64,000 nt of DNA from Pseudomonadota bacterium (lineage in GTDB: Bacteria; Pseudomonadota; Gammaproteobacteria; Burkholderiales; Sulfuriferulaceae): assembly GCA_021795395.1 (NCBI GenBank), contig JAJYPN010000001.1, positions 82,468 through 146,467 of the forward strand, given 5' to 3'. A program made the translations under genes and the position numbers. Positions 1 to 11,697 of the stretch are shown in pieces. The notes beneath the pieces were generated by a model. The model was not told the origin of the DNA and searched no databases. It saw only the letters and a list, made by a program, of their open reading frames with translations. Each line of letters opens with the position of its first letter. The stretch's first letter is position 1.

Positions 1-1018
1 CGTAACGGGCCGCGTCGCTCGCGGACGTTTGCGCGAGCAGATCGGTAATGCCGCAATTGATCAGAAATTGCGCCTGACTGGTATAACCGGCCAGAGTCAA
101 ATCCTGCGACAGGCCCGCCAGCGCCATGGCGGTAAAATCCACATGCGCCGTGATATCCTGTAATCCGGGCAAATAAAACGGATCGCTGTGCGCATGCTGG
201 CGGTAATGGCACATGATCGTTCCCCGGTCGCGTTGCGGATGATAATATTCGCGTTCGCCGAAACCGTAGTCGATCATCAGGATCACTCCCGCCGTCAGGC
301 ACTGCGCCAGACTTTTGATCAAGGCTTGCGCCGTCAGTCCGATCTCGCTGATATATCCGGCCGGTACCGCTATCGCTTCGGCCGCATCGCGCAGCGGCCC
401 GGCAGCCAACATTCGGTCGAACCAGGCAAACCGGTCGTTTTCCCAGGCGACACAACGTCGGTAAATGCCGTCTTCGCGCCAGTGCAGCAACTCTACCGGA
501 ACCGCGTCCAATACTTCATTCGCGACGATACAGCCGAGGAATTCAGTCGGCAAATGCTCCAGCCAGATTACCCGTTCGGCAATACCGGGTAACGTTCGGG
601 CAATCAGACTGCGTTGCCGTTCCCGCAAATCGGCGCTGACTTCCACAATATAATAATGCTCGGGCAGGCAATCCAGCCGCAGCAACTCGGCGAGTACATC
701 GCACGCCAGACGTCCGCTGCCGGCACCGAGTTCCAGTATACTGCCGCCGACGATCGTCACCACCTGCGCGGCTTGCCGGGCCAGACAGCGACCAAAGAGC
801 GGAGACATTTCCGGGGCGGTGACGAAATCGCCGGCACAGCCGAATTTTACGGCGCCTCCGCTGTAATAGCCGAGTCCGGGCGCATACAGCGCCAGCGACA
901 TATACCGGGAAAAATCGATACCGTCTTGCGCCTGTATCTCTGCCGCGATCAATTCGGTAAGCTGATTGCTGACCGCTAATGCATCAGCGCTGGGAATGGG
1001 GAGAGGCGGCATATCCAT
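1..1018 (-). CDS. SAM-dependent methyltransferase, COG1565/DUF185 (MidA/NDUFAF7-like); 3' end runs off the window
   Basis: Own minus-strand translation from ATG at 1018: MDMPPLPIPSADALAVSNQLTELIAAEIQAQDGIDFSRYMSLALYAPGLGYYSGG..FVTAPEMSPLFG..ILELGAGSG.. It stays open to position 1. It is absent from the ORF track because no stop lies in the window. Confidence 0.7.
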   Translation of the reverse strand, partial: MDMPPLPIPSADALAVSNQLTELIAAEIQAQDGIDFSRYMSLALYAPGLGYYSGGAVKFGCAGDFVTAPEMSPLFGRCLARQAAQVVTIVGGSILELGAGSGRLACDVLAELLRLDCLPEHYYIVEVSADLRERQRSLIARTLPGIAERVIWLEHLPTEFLGCIVANEVLDAVPVELLHWREDGIYRRCVAWENDRFAWFDRMLAAGPLRDAAEAIAVPAGYISEIGLTAQALIKSLAQCLTAGVILMIDYGFGEREYYHPQRDRGTIMCHYRQHAHSDPFYLPGLQDITAHVDFTAMALAGLSQDLTLAGYTSQAQFLINCGITDLLAQTSASDAARY

Positions 1019-1204
1019 ACTGGTGTTAAAATGGTATTACGTGTTTAGTATAGTAAGACACGTTACTTTGGATTGGCGAAGGAAGCAAGAAATCTGTCTG
1101 TTTCATGCATAAACCGAGCGCTACGCCAGGCTTCGGGAAGCGCATCTGCGGTTTGAACCTATCAAGCTGATCCATTCATGAGCCCTGGGCACAAAGGAAA
1201 TCGG

Positions 1205-1945
1205 ATGCAAGGCAAAACAATTTTGATCACCGGCGGAGCAAAACGTGTGGGTGCGGCAATCAGCCGTAAATTTCACAGTCTCGGCGCCGATTTGATGATC
1301 CATTATCGCAACGCCGGCGCTGAAGCGCGACACCTGCAAGACGAACTTAACGCCGTCCGGCCGGATTCGGTCGCACTGCTGCAGGCCGATCTGCTCGATT
1401 GCGCCGATTTTCCCAGCCTCATACAGACCACGCTTGCCCGTTTCGGTAGACTGGATGTACTGGTCAATAATGCATCGAGTTTCTATGCCTCGCCCATCGG
1501 GTCGATTACCGAAAGCAACTGGCTGGACCTGATCGGCACCAACCTCAAGGCGCCCTTGTTCCTGTCGCAGGCTGCTGCGGGAGAATTGCGCCGCAGACGT
1601 GGATGCATCGTCAATATTACCGATATCCACGCCGATCGCCCGATGAAAAACTATGTCGTCTACAGCATCGCCAAGGCGGGCCTGGCCGGACTTACCCGTT
1701 CGCTGGCGCGTGAACTGGGGCCCGACGTACGCGTCAATGGCGTGGCGCCCGGCCCTATCATCTGGCCTGAGGACGCAGAAGATATCGACGAAGTCTCGCG
1801 GCAGCGGATCATTTCCCATACCATCCTCAAACAGGCCGGCGACCCGGCCGATATCGCCGAAGCGGTCTATTACCTGGCCTCGACCGCCGGTTATGTGACT
1901 GGACAGATCATTAACGTGGACGGCGGCCGCAGTATCCGATTATGA
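1205..1945 (+). CDS. short-chain dehydrogenase, pteridine reductase / FolM-like
   Basis: Start trimmed to MQGKTILITGGAKRVG, preceded by AAGGAAA. SDR motifs TGGAKRVG, NNAS and YSIAKAG are present. The overall pattern matches PTR1/FolM-type reductases. Confidence 0.7.
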   Translation: MQGKTILITGGAKRVGAAISRKFHSLGADLMIHYRNAGAEARHLQDELNAVRPDSVALLQADLLDCADFPSLIQTTLARFGRLDVLVNNASSFYASPIGSITESNWLDLIGTNLKAPLFLSQAAAGELRRRRGCIVNITDIHADRPMKNYVVYSIAKAGLAGLTRSLARELGPDVRVNGVAPGPIIWPEDAEDIDEVSRQRIISHTILKQAGDPADIAEAVYYLASTAGYVTGQIINVDGGRSIRL

Positions 1946-1957
1946 TTTTAGTTTGCG

Positions 1958-3106
1958 CTAATGCAATTGCGGCGCGGCCTCTTCGGTTTCGGGCATTTGC
2001 GGATGCACCATCTCGCCTTCTGCATTCGGAAATAGCGGCGTACCGCAATCATCGCAATATTCCATCGGCATGCCGGTTCTAAGCACGATTACCTTATCCA
2101 GGTCGGTCAATTCGCGTTCGATTTGCCCGACGATATCGGTTTCTTCCGTTTCATCTCCGATCAACGGCCAGACAACCCCATGCAGTATCGCAGCACCAGT
2201 CGCGAGACTGAAACCGATACGGTATTCTTCCAGCGTCTGATCGTAAAACGGCGAGACAATCGCACGCAAATCGCGCGGCTTCTGATTCAACACGACGCAC
2301 AGATAACTCACCGCGGCGCGCAGGGAAAATATCCGCGCTTCCTGCTCCAGCTTACGCCAGGCGCTGAAAAAAGCGTTCGGCAGCAAGGTATTGAAATGGC
2401 AACCCGGCAAGATTGCCTTGAAAATGGATTTGGTATTGGCACGCCATGTCTGCAGAACTTCCTGCTGTGTCATTTCGGCCTGTTGCCAGCGAAAAATCGG
2501 CGCTCCCTTCCTGACCACGGCCGCCGCGAATATATATCGCACATCCGCGACGAATTCGCCCGCCGCCGCAAGTTCGGTACTGTCCAGATAGAGATCTTCT
2601 TCGTTCATGGCCGCTTGCGCGAGTTGCTGCAACAAGGCTCTGGTTTCGATAAAGCCGCGAGGGAGCTGATCGGGGCTGTACAGAATATCCGCCAGCGCCA
2701 GCCGCACATCGCTGGCAAGCAAGTCGGCTTTCATACGCTGCCGCAGTTCCTGCAGGCGCTGTTTGTTGAGGCGACCCGCCGATATCGCGTATCGCGACCA
2801 GGCAAGCAGAGGAATGGCGATCAATACGGCATTGGTTTGCACGTCTTCGGTCAGACTCTCGGCATGAGCTTCGATCAGTTCGGCCAGCACATCGCAGGCG
2901 GCAGGGTTCTCCAGCCACAGGTAATCCAGCGCCTGCTCGAGTATTTCATTCTGTTTCCTTTGAAACAGGCCAGTAATCACTGCAACCAACTGCTGCTGCC
3001 AGGTCTGGCTTTCCAGCTTGCTGCCAGAAGCGTGCAAAGCCAGTGTAAATCTCACCAGTTTGGCCGTTTCGCGATTCAATTTCTGTGTCGTAGCATTTCG
3101 TTTCAT
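1958..3106 (-). CDS. conserved hypothetical protein (resembles betaproteobacterial DUF2863 family)
   Basis: Long ORF with normal composition. Start trimmed to MKRNATTQ to avoid overlapping the secA stop. The family label is from memory only. Confidence 0.45.
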   Translation of the reverse strand: MKRNATTQKLNRETAKLVRFTLALHASGSKLESQTWQQQLVAVITGLFQRKQNEILEQALDYLWLENPAACDVLAELIEAHAESLTEDVQTNAVLIAIPLLAWSRYAISAGRLNKQRLQELRQRMKADLLASDVRLALADILYSPDQLPRGFIETRALLQQLAQAAMNEEDLYLDSTELAAAGEFVADVRYIFAAAVVRKGAPIFRWQQAEMTQQEVLQTWRANTKSIFKAILPGCHFNTLLPNAFFSAWRKLEQEARIFSLRAAVSYLCVVLNQKPRDLRAIVSPFYDQTLEEYRIGFSLATGAAILHGVVWPLIGDETEETDIVGQIERELTDLDKVIVLRTGMPMEYCDDCGTPLFPNAEGEMVHPQMPETEEAAPQLH

Positions 3107-3147
3107 GACGGAGCCTGTGGAACATTTTTCAAATTTAAATACAGACT

Positions 3148-5862
3148 CTAATTCAGTTTGCCGTGACAATATTTGTATTTTTTACCGGAACCGCACGGAC
3201 AGGGATCGTTACGGCCCACATCCTTATGCGATCGCACCGGCGTATGCGACGCGCTCTGCGAGGTATCGGCGCCGCCCAGCGCTTCGTCGTAACCGGCGTG
3301 ATGATATTCGATATTCAACGGCACTGCGGGCGCTTCGATGGTTTCGGTATCGGCTTCTGAACGCAGTTGAACTGCAAGCGAAATCTCGGTCACTTCGCGC
3401 TTGACGGTTTCCAGCATGGTCGAAAACAGATCGAAGGCTTCGCGTTTGTATTCCTGTTTTGGATTTTTTTGTGCGTAACCGCGCAAATGTATGCCCTGCC
3501 GCAGGTGATCCAGCGCCGACAAATGTTCGCGCCAGTTCGTGTCGATATTCTGCAGCATGATGGCGCGTTCGAAATGGTGCATGCCTGCAGCGCCGACGGC
3601 GGCAACCTTTTCTGCGTAAATGGTATCGGCAGTAGCGATAATGCGTTCGCACAAAGCCGGTTCGTCGAGCTTGCTGTCTTCGTCCAGCCACTGCTGTATC
3701 GGCATGTCGAGCTGAAATTCGCCGGAAAGCGTACGCTCCAGCCCCGCAATGTCCCATTGTTCCGCCATGCTGCCGGGAACGATATATTCGGCAACGATGC
3801 TGCGCAATACATCGGCGCGCATGGCGGATATCGTTTCCGACACGTCTTCGGTTTCGAGCAGTTCGTTGCGTTGCTGGTATATGACCTTGCGCTGGTCGTT
3901 GGAGACGTCGTCGTATTCGAGCAGCTGCTTGCGCATATCGAAATTTCGCGCTTCCACTTTGCGCTGCGCGTTTTCGATGGCACGTGTCACCCACGGATGC
4001 TCTATCGCTTCGCCTTCCGGCATTTTGAGCTTGTCCATAATGGCGCCGACCCGATCCGAAGCGAAGATGCGCAACAGCGGATCTTCCAGCGACAGATAGA
4101 AGCGGCTGGACCCGGCGTCGCCCTGGCGTCCTGCGCGGCCGCGCAATTGATTGTCGACGCGACGCGATTCATGCCGCTCGGTGCCGATAATATGCAAGCC
4201 GCCGACCGCAAGCACTTCTTCGTGCAGTTTTTGCCACGTGTTTTTCAGCAGCTCGATTTGCGTATTCTTTTGCACTTCGGATAACGTCTCATCGAAACGG
4301 ATCGCTTCCAGTTCCCGTTCTATGCTGCCGCCGAGGACGATATCGGTGCCTCGGCCCGCCATATTGGTGGCGATGGTAATGGCGCGCAATTTTCCCGCCT
4401 GCGCGATGATTTCCGCTTCTCGCGCATGCTGTTTTGCGTTCAGCACTTCATGCGGTAATTTCGCTTTTTTAAGCAGGCCGGACAAATATTCGTTGCTTTC
4501 GATCGAGGTGGTGCCGACCAGCACCGGCTGCCCGCGCTGATGGCAATCGGCGATATCCTGAATGATGGCCTGGTATTTTTCCCGCGCAGTACGAAAAACC
4601 TGATCCATTCTGTCGATACGGATCATGGGCCGGTGGGTGGGAATGACGACTGTTTCCAGCCCGTAAATCTGCTGGAATTCATATGCTTCGGTATCGGCGG
4701 TTCCGGTCATACCTCCGAGTTTCTCGAACATGCGGAAATAATTCTGGAAGGTAATCGACGCCAGCGTCTGGTTTTCTTTCTGAATGGCGACGCCTTCCTT
4801 GGCTTCGACCGCCTGATGCAAACCTTCCGACCAGCGGCGGCCCGCCATCAGCCGGCCGGTAAATTCATCGACGATGACGATTTCGCCGGCCTGAACGACA
4901 TAATGCTGATCACGATGATAGAGCGCATGAGCCCTTAAACCGGCATATACGTGATGCATTAGCCCGATATTGGCGGCTTCGTACAGGCTCGACCCTACCG
5001 GCAGCAGGCCGGCATCCGTCAGGAGCTGTTCAGCGCGCTCGTGGCCTCGTTCGGACAGCAGGACGGTATGGGCTTTTTCATCGACCCAGTAATCGCCTTC
5101 GCCGTCTTCCTTTTCCTGGCGCTGCAATTTCGGAATGATGGCATTGACGGATACATATAATTCGGTACTGTCGTCGGCCTGACCCGAAATGATCAGCGGC
5201 GTACGCGCCTCGTCGATCAGGATCGAATCGACCTCGTCCACAATCGCGAAATTCAGTCCGCGCTGCACTTTTTCGCTGGTTTGATAGACCATGTTGTCGC
5301 GCAGATAATCGAAGCCGAATTCGTTATTGGTGCCGTAGGTGATATCTGCGGCATACGCAGCCTGTTTTTCTTCGTGCGCCATCTGAGCCAGATTCACTCC
5401 GACGGTCAAACCCAGGAAAGCGTGAATACGGCCCATTTGAGCGGCATCTCGGCTGGCCAGATAATCGTTTACCGTCACGATATGCACGCCCTTGCCTGAC
5501 AAGGCGTTCAAATACGATGGCAAGGTGGCCATCAGGGTTTTGCCTTCGCCGGTACGCATCTCGGCGATTTTTCCGTCGTGCAGCACCATGCCGCCTATCA
5601 GTTGCACATCGTAATGCCGCTGCCCCAGAACCCGGCGACCGGCTTCCCGCACGGTCGCGAACGCTTCGGGCAACAACTGGTCCAGCGTTTCGCCCCTGGC
5701 ATGGCGAGCCTTGTATTCTTCCGTCCTGGCCCGCAATTGCTCGTCCGACAGCGCCTGTAATGAGGCTTCGAGAACATTGATTGCGTTGACCTTGGCAACG
5801 TACTGCTTTACCAGCCGATCGTTACGGCTACCGAATACTTTTTTCAACAAAGATGAAATCAT
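3148..5862 (-). CDS. secA: preprotein translocase ATPase SecA
   Basis: 904 aa. Motor motifs MRTGEGKTL and [20 protein letters not shown]-terminal zinc finger [14 protein letters not shown]. Confidence 0.98.
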   Translation of the reverse strand: MISSLLKKVFGSRNDRLVKQYVAKVNAINVLEASLQALSDEQLRARTEEYKARHARGETLDQLLPEAFATVREAGRRVLGQRHYDVQLIGGMVLHDGKIAEMRTGEGKTLMATLPSYLNALSGKGVHIVTVNDYLASRDAAQMGRIHAFLGLTVGVNLAQMAHEEKQAAYAADITYGTNNEFGFDYLRDNMVYQTSEKVQRGLNFAIVDEVDSILIDEARTPLIISGQADDSTELYVSVNAIIPKLQRQEKEDGEGDYWVDEKAHTVLLSERGHERAEQLLTDAGLLPVGSSLYEAANIGLMHHVYAGLRAHALYHRDQHYVVQAGEIVIVDEFTGRLMAGRRWSEGLHQAVEAKEGVAIQKENQTLASITFQNYFRMFEKLGGMTGTADTEAYEFQQIYGLETVVIPTHRPMIRIDRMDQVFRTAREKYQAIIQDIADCHQRGQPVLVGTTSIESNEYLSGLLKKAKLPHEVLNAKQHAREAEIIAQAGKLRAITIATNMAGRGTDIVLGGSIERELEAIRFDETLSEVQKNTQIELLKNTWQKLHEEVLAVGGLHIIGTERHESRRVDNQLRGRAGRQGDAGSSRFYLSLEDPLLRIFASDRVGAIMDKLKMPEGEAIEHPWVTRAIENAQRKVEARNFDMRKQLLEYDDVSNDQRKVIYQQRNELLETEDVSETISAMRADVLRSIVAEYIVPGSMAEQWDIAGLERTLSGEFQLDMPIQQWLDEDSKLDEPALCERIIATADTIYAEKVAAVGAAGMHHFERAIMLQNIDTNWREHLSALDHLRQGIHLRGYAQKNPKQEYKREAFDLFSTMLETVKREVTEISLAVQLRSEADTETIEAPAVPLNIEYHHAGYDEALGGADTSQSASHTPVRSHKDVGRNDPCPCGSGKKYKYCHGKLN

Positions 5863-6016
5863 GACTATGAACTATATCCTAGAACCGGCAGCCGAACGAT
5901 CGGCATTGCCGAATGAGAGTATGAAGATGGGATCAATTTTTCAAATATCCGGGTTAATCATTGCGTAAGAATTCATGCATGTTAACATATTCGCTCCATC
6001 ATTCCGTATCACTTTC

Positions 6017-6460
6017 ATGACGAAGCCTGCTTTTCGCCCCCAGCCGGTGCAGGGGTTTATCGAGTCGGACGAATGTTTGCATTCATTGCAGACGCATGTG
6101 CAGGAAATAATGCAGGCCCAGCGAATCTGGAAAAAAATCGTACCAGCCGGTCTGGCTCAAGCGAGCCGGATCGGTCAGATCGAAGCCGGAACCGTCAGTG
6201 TTTACGCCGACAACGGCGCTGCGGCGGCAAAATTGCGTCAACTTGTCACCCGCATTACCGCCTCGCTGGTCGAGCACGGAATCGAAGTTGCTGCAATACG
6301 GATCAAGGTTCGCGCACAGGCAATTCCAACTCGCCAGCGTACCGTCAACAAACCGCAACTCACCAATGTCGCTTTGCAGCAACTGGATGATTTACAGCAG
6401 CGTCTGGAAGCCGGCAGCCTTAAAACCGCCCTGACTACGCTATTGCACCGGCACCGATGA
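6017..6460 (+). CDS. dciA: DUF721 / DciA-like protein (candidate replicative helicase operator)
   Basis: Core W..IVPAGLAQASRIGQIEAGTVSVYADNGAAAAKLRQL is typical of DUF721. It sits between secA and lpxC, as in many proteobacteria. Start MTKPAF was chosen over the track extension. Confidence 0.65.
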   Translation: MTKPAFRPQPVQGFIESDECLHSLQTHVQEIMQAQRIWKKIVPAGLAQASRIGQIEAGTVSVYADNGAAAAKLRQLVTRITASLVEHGIEVAAIRIKVRAQAIPTRQRTVNKPQLTNVALQQLDDLQQRLEAGSLKTALTTLLHRHR

Positions 6461-6487
6461 TCCGGTTGTCTTTGCCGGCCCGCCTAC

Positions 6488-7408
6488 TTACGAGATCGCA
6501 GGTTGCAGATGCTGTTGCCGGATGCCTTCGGGAGCCCTGGCCTCATCGTCGTATGTGACATATTCCCATGCCGCCTGATCCTGCAGCAAGGTCCTCAGCA
6601 GTCTGTTATTAAGCGCATGCCCTGATTTATAGGCATGAAACGCACCGATGATCGGATGTCCGATCAGATATAAATCGCCTATCGCGTCCAGTACCTTATG
6701 TTTGACGAATTCGTCTTCATACCGCAAGCCGTCGCTGTTCAATACCCGATATTCGTCCATGACGATCGCGTTATCGAGGCTGCCGCCCAGTGCCAGACCG
6801 TTGGAACGGAGCCATTCCACTTCCTGCATGAAACCGAACGTGCGCGCGCGGCTCACTTCCTTGATATACGAAGTATGGGCGAAATCCAGGCTGATGACCT
6901 GACCGGATTTCTCAAAAACCGGGTGCTTGAAATCGATGGTGAATTCGATCTTGAAACCGTCGTAAGGCTCAAAGCGCACGCGCTTGTCGCCTTCGACCAC
7001 TTCTACCGTTTTTTTGATGCGTACAAAGCGTTTTGCCGAATTTTGCTCCATGATACCCGCCGACTGTATCAGAAATACGAACGACGAAGCCGAGCCATCC
7101 ATGATCGGCACTTCCGGACCATCCAGATCGACATGGACATTGTCTACGCCCAAACCCGCCAAGGCGGACATCAGATGCTCGACGGTAGCCACCGTAGCTT
7201 CGCCGTTATCCAGCGTCGAACATAAACGGGTATCGCCTACCTGTTCCGCCCCCACGATCAGATCGACCGGTCGGGGCAGGTCTATCCGGCGGAATACCAC
7301 GCCGGTATTCGCCGCAGCCGGGCGCAATGCCATACTGACCTTGGCGCCGGTATGCAGTCCCACGCCCGTAGCACGGATCGTATTTTTTAATGTTCTTTGC
7401 CGTATCAT
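6488..7408 (-). CDS. lpxC: UDP-3-O-acyl-N-acetylglucosamine deacetylase
   Basis: Start [21 protein letters not shown]. Motif [13 protein letters not shown]. Canonical position after ftsZ. Confidence 0.97.
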   Translation of the reverse strand: MIRQRTLKNTIRATGVGLHTGAKVSMALRPAAANTGVVFRRIDLPRPVDLIVGAEQVGDTRLCSTLDNGEATVATVEHLMSALAGLGVDNVHVDLDGPEVPIMDGSASSFVFLIQSAGIMEQNSAKRFVRIKKTVEVVEGDKRVRFEPYDGFKIEFTIDFKHPVFEKSGQVISLDFAHTSYIKEVSRARTFGFMQEVEWLRSNGLALGGSLDNAIVMDEYRVLNSDGLRYEDEFVKHKVLDAIGDLYLIGHPIIGAFHAYKSGHALNNRLLRTLLQDQAAWEYVTYDDEARAPEGIRQQHLQPAIS

Positions 7409-7604
7409 GCATTTATCCAGTCCGATGACTTCCGACACATCTGCCGATTACGTGTTTCGCGGCGATCAGGCATCGGTGTACCGCAACTGAAGCCGCACAC
7501 ACAAATAAAACACAGCCGGAAAAACCCGTATAGTTTTGTTTAAGCGTCTAAATCTCTACGAAATCGTGACAGATTATAACGCGAAACGCTATCTCCTTAG
7601 CTCA

Positions 7605-8762
7605 TCAATCTGCCTGTTTACGTAAAAAAGCCGGTATGTCCAGATACTCCATTCCCGATTGCTTGAGCGCCTCGACCTGAGCTTCGCGCCGGTTGCTGCG
7701 AAATACTGTCGGCTCCGCTTCGGCCACGGCATGATCGCCGTGCATGGATGACGAGTAATCGTCGGTGCCGGTCTTGACGATGACCGGTTTCGCCTGCTGA
7801 CGCGCCACCGGGCTGCCCAGACCGGTGGCCACGATCGTCACCCGCAATTCTTCGCCGATGTTTTCATCGATGACGGTACCGACGATCACGGTCGCTTCAT
7901 CGGCGGTAAAGCTCTTGATCGTATTCATGACTTCATAATACTCTTTCATCTTGAACGAAGTCGACGCCGTTACGTTGACAAGCACGCCTCGCGCTCCGGC
8001 CAGATTGACGTCTTCCAGCAACGGACTGGCGACAGCAGCCTGAGCGGCCACCCGCGCGCGGTCGGCGCCAGTCGCCGCTGCCGAACCCATCATCGCCATG
8101 CCCATTTCCGACATGACGGTTTTGACGTCGGCAAAGTCGACATTCACCATGCCGGGGCAATTGATGACCTCGGCAATACCGGCGACAGCGCCATGCAGCA
8201 CGTTATTGGCGGCTCTGAACGCATCGAGCATCGATACGTCTTCACCCAGCACCTGCATCAATTTTTCGTTGGGTATGACGATCAGCGAATCGACGTAACG
8301 CGCCAGCGCTTCAATCCCGGAATTGGCAAGACGCACTCTTTTGCCTTCGAACAGGAACGGCTTGGTGACGACCGCAACCGTCAGGATACCCATTTCCTTG
8401 GCCACTTCCGCGACCACCGGAGCCGCGCCGGTTCCGGTGCCGCCGCCCATACCGGCGGTGATGAACAGCATATCGGCGCCGTCGATAAGTTCCGCGATCC
8501 GCTCGCGATCTTCCAGCGCGGCTTCGCGACCCACTTCAGGATTGGCACCTGCGCCCAGACCGCGGGTCACGTTCGTGCCCAATTGCAGTTGCGCCTTGGC
8601 GCGGTTGCGCTGTAAAGCCTGCGCATCGGTATTGATACTGATAAATTCGACGCCTTCCACGCCGCAATCGATCATGTGATCGACCGCATTGCCGCCGCAA
8701 CCGCCGACCCCGATGACTTTAATGACTGCATCCTGCGTTAGTGTATCCATTAGCTCAAACAT
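7605..8762 (-). CDS. ftsZ: cell division GTPase FtsZ
   Basis: Start MFELMD is preceded by AGGAGG. Tubulin signature GGGTGTGAAPV. C-terminal DIPAFLRKQ peptide. Confidence 0.98.
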   Translation of the reverse strand: MFELMDTLTQDAVIKVIGVGGCGGNAVDHMIDCGVEGVEFISINTDAQALQRNRAKAQLQLGTNVTRGLGAGANPEVGREAALEDRERIAELIDGADMLFITAGMGGGTGTGAAPVVAEVAKEMGILTVAVVTKPFLFEGKRVRLANSGIEALARYVDSLIVIPNEKLMQVLGEDVSMLDAFRAANNVLHGAVAGIAEVINCPGMVNVDFADVKTVMSEMGMAMMGSAAATGADRARVAAQAAVASPLLEDVNLAGARGVLVNVTASTSFKMKEYYEVMNTIKSFTADEATVIVGTVIDENIGEELRVTIVATGLGSPVARQQAKPVIVKTGTDDYSSSMHGDHAVAEAEPTVFRSNRREAQVEALKQSGMEYLDIPAFLRKQAD

Positions 8763-8820
8763 ACTGCCTCCTGTTATCTGTTGACTCATCGAAAAAAAAT
8801 ACTCAACCTCAAACCATGCC

Positions 8821-10056
8821 TCAAAAATTCCTGAACCAGCCCTTCATCCGCTCGAATATCTGCTGCACCGTCGTCGTCGACAATTTCGCCGCCTGACGTC
8901 TATCCTGCTGATCCAGCCCAGCCAGCAACAAACCTACTCCCGTCGCATATCTCGCGTTGTACATGACATCGGACAACCCTCCCTCGTACTGCGGCAATCC
9001 CAGTCTCACGGGCATATGAAACACTTCTTCGCCCAATTCCACCATGCCCTGCATCGCGGCCGACCCGCCGGTAATGACGATGCCCGAGCGCATCAACTCC
9101 TCGAATCCGCTGCGCCGCAACTCCGCCTGCACCATCTCGTATAATTCCAGCACACGCGGCTCGATCACGTCCGCCAGCAATTGCCGCGACATCTGCCGCG
9201 GTCCGCGTTCGCCGACACTAGGCACTTCGAGCATATCGTGAACGCCCGCCAGCTGGCGCAACGCACAACCGTGAGCGATCTTGACATCTTCGGCGTCTTT
9301 CAGCGGCGTGCGCAGCGCCAACGCAATATCGTTGGTGATCTGGTCGCCGGCGATGGGAATCACGGCGGTATGGCGTATGGCGCCTTGAGTGAATACGGCG
9401 ATATCCGTGGTGCCGCCGCCGATATCGACCAACGCCACACCCAGATCCTTTTCGTCTTCGGTCAATACCGCCATGGCGGACGCCAACGGCTGCAGGACCA
9501 GATCGCGCACTTCCAGACCGCAGCGGCGTACGCACTTGATAATATTCTGCGCAGCGGACACTGCGCCGGTTACGATATGCACCTTGACTTCCAGCCTGAC
9601 ACCGCTCATGCCCAAGGGTTCGCGCACATCTTCCTGGCCATCGACCAGATATTCCTGCGGCAGAATATGCAGAATCTGCTGATCGGTAGGAATATTGACC
9701 GCCCGCGCCGTTTCGATCACCCGGTCCACATCCTGCTGGCTGACTTCCTTGTCCTTGATCGGCACCATGCCGTGCGAATTGAAGCTCTTGATATGGCTGC
9801 CGGCGATGCCGGTATACACTTCGCCGATCTTGCAGTCGGCCATCAGTTCCGCCTCTTCCAGCGCCCGCTGGATGGAGTTGACGGTCGATTCGATATTGAC
9901 CACCACGCCCTTTTTCAGCCCGCGCGAAGGGTGGCTACCCATACCGACCACCTGCAGCCGTCCTTCTGGCAATATTTCGGCGACGATGGCGATGACTTTG
10001 GATGTCCCGATATCCAGCCCTACTATCAATTCGCGCGTATCTCTTTGCCTGCTCAT
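8821..10056 (-). CDS. ftsA: cell division protein FtsA
   Basis: Actin-fold motifs DIGTSKV and DIGGGTTDIAVF. dcw position. Confidence 0.97.
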   Translation of the reverse strand: MSRQRDTRELIVGLDIGTSKVIAIVAEILPEGRLQVVGMGSHPSRGLKKGVVVNIESTVNSIQRALEEAELMADCKIGEVYTGIAGSHIKSFNSHGMVPIKDKEVSQQDVDRVIETARAVNIPTDQQILHILPQEYLVDGQEDVREPLGMSGVRLEVKVHIVTGAVSAAQNIIKCVRRCGLEVRDLVLQPLASAMAVLTEDEKDLGVALVDIGGGTTDIAVFTQGAIRHTAVIPIAGDQITNDIALALRTPLKDAEDVKIAHGCALRQLAGVHDMLEVPSVGERGPRQMSRQLLADVIEPRVLELYEMVQAELRRSGFEELMRSGIVITGGSAAMQGMVELGEEVFHMPVRLGLPQYEGGLSDVMYNARYATGVGLLLAGLDQQDRRQAAKLSTTTVQQIFERMKGWFRNF

Positions 10057-10796
10057 AGCGACTTTCCCTGTTTTTTTTCTATCTGCAATGCATCATCGGA
10101 ACCGCTCTGCGTCAAACGTACTGCAAATCCCTGCTGATACCGTAAATCCACCGCTGCCAGCGGCGCATTCAATTGCGCTTCCATTTCCGGATACAGCGCG
10201 ACCCATCGCTGCAGCTTCCACGCCGGATGATCGCTGCCCATGGCGATCGTCACACCGTTGTCCATCACCAGCGACCAGCTTCTTCTATCGTTCAGGGTCA
10301 CACTGAACGGAGTCCGTTTTAGCGGACTCAATATCCGGCTGAAATCGATCCATCGCTGCAATACTTCATGCTCGCTGCCGGGAGGCCCGCTTAAATGCGG
10401 CAAATCGGCATTGCTGGCAGCGGTAAAAACCTCACCGTAACGGTTCAACAATGCATTATCGTTCCAGCGCGCCAGCGGCGTGTGCTCTTCCAGTACGACT
10501 TCCAGGCCGTCGGGCCAGCGTCGTCGCACACTCGCATCCCTGGCCCAGGGCAGTTTGAGGAATGCAGCGCGTACCGTAGCCAGGTTCACCGAAAAGAAAT
10601 TGCCGGTGATGTACTGCCGTATCACCAATTTCGCCTGATTCATCGTGACATGCTGCGCACCGATAATTTTTATTTCATGCAAATCGAACATTTTTAATCT
10701 TGAAACCATTACCAGACTTGCGCACAGCAGCAGCACCGCGGTAGCAAACAGCGCCGCGCGCGTCCATTTTGCGAGGAGGATTTCGTCATCCCACAC
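10053..10796 (-). CDS. ftsQ: cell division protein FtsQ
   Basis: Single N-terminal TM followed by a POTRA-like region. 4-nt overlap with the ftsA start. Confidence 0.9.
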   Translation of the reverse strand: MWDDEILLAKWTRAALFATAVLLLCASLVMVSRLKMFDLHEIKIIGAQHVTMNQAKLVIRQYITGNFFSVNLATVRAAFLKLPWARDASVRRRWPDGLEVVLEEHTPLARWNDNALLNRYGEVFTAASNADLPHLSGPPGSEHEVLQRWIDFSRILSPLKRTPFSVTLNDRRSWSLVMDNGVTIAMGSDHPAWKLQRWVALYPEMEAQLNAPLAAVDLRYQQGFAVRLTQSGSDDALQIEKKQGKSL

Positions 10797-11697
10797 GGGC
10801 CTGCTCCAATATCGCCATCACCAGTTCGTCGAAGTTCATCCCTGCTGCTCGCGCCGCCATCGGCACCAGACTGTGATCGGTCATGCCCGGCGCGGTATTG
10901 GCTTCCAGAAAATAGGGCTTGCCCTGCGCATCGAGCATCAGGTCCAGCCTGCCCCAGCCGCGGCAACCCAGAATATCGAAGGCCCTTTTGGCTATTGCCT
11001 GTATCTCCGCTTCCATTTCCGCGGACAAGCCGCAGGGCACTCTGTACTCGGTATCGTCACGCAGGTACTTCGCTTCGTAATCGTAATAGGCTTGCTTGGG
11101 CAGCAAACGGATCATCGGTAAAGTCCGGTCCCCCAGTATCGAACAGGTGTACTCGCCGTGTTCGATGCACTGCTCGGCCAATACCAGGCTGTCGAACTGT
11201 GCGGCGTTTTCCCACGCCGCGGGCAATTCCGCCGCGCCGGTCACCCGGGTCATGCCTATGCTCGACCCTTCGCGCGCCGGTTTCACGAATATCGGCAAGC
11301 CAAGGCGTTCGACAATCGCATCGAAATCGCTGTCAGCCTGCAGAATCGCATAGTCGGGCGTCGGTATGCCCGCCGTTTGCCAGATCATTTTGGTGCGCCA
11401 TTTATCCATCGCCAGCGCCGACGCCATCACGCCGCTGCCAGTGTACGGAATTCCAAGCCAGTCGAGCACGCCCTGTATCGTGCCGTCTTCGCCGAAACGG
11501 CCGTGCAATGCAATCATGACGCGATCGAAACCCTGCGCCATCAAGTCGCCGAAATCCTGTTCCGCCGGATCGAACGGATGCGCATCGACACCCTGTTCTC
11601 TTAAACTTGCCAGCACCCGGGCGCCGCTCAGCAGCGATATTTCCCGCTCGTCCGATCGGCCGCCCATCAGCACGCCCACCTTGCCGAATTGCATCAT
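10786..11697 (-). CDS. ddl: D-alanine--D-alanine ligase
   Basis: Start [22 protein letters not shown] at 11697 forms an ATGA overlap with the murB stop. ATP-grasp motifs [12 protein letters not shown] and EANTAPGMT. Confidence 0.95.
   Translation of the reverse strand: MMQFGKVGVLMGGRSDEREISLLSGARVLASLREQGVDAHPFDPAEQDFGDLMAQGFDRVMIALHGRFGEDGTIQGVLDWLGIPYTGSGVMASALAMDKWRTKMIWQTAGIPTPDYAILQADSDFDAIVERLGLPIFVKPAREGSSIGMTRVTGAAELPAAWENAAQFDSLVLAEQCIEHGEYTCSILGDRTLPMIRLLPKQAYYDYEAKYLRDDTEYRVPCGLSAEMEAEIQAIAKRAFDILGCRGWGRLDLMLDAQGKPYFLEANTAPGMTDHSLVPMAARAAGMNFDELVMAILEQARVG

Noticed and set aside
2123-3151. Long antisense ORFs opposite well-supported genes. This one, and similarly 9181-10137, 13258-14301, 14225-15157, 16698-17582, 21659-22663, 26128-27138, 33315-34316, 44218-45195, 45337-46218 and 48765-49640.
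   Set aside because: They are shadow frames typical of GC-rich DNA. Their composition is Arg/His/Gln/Pro-rich and low in complexity, and they have no RBS. Each fully overlaps a gene with unmistakable family motifs on the other strand.
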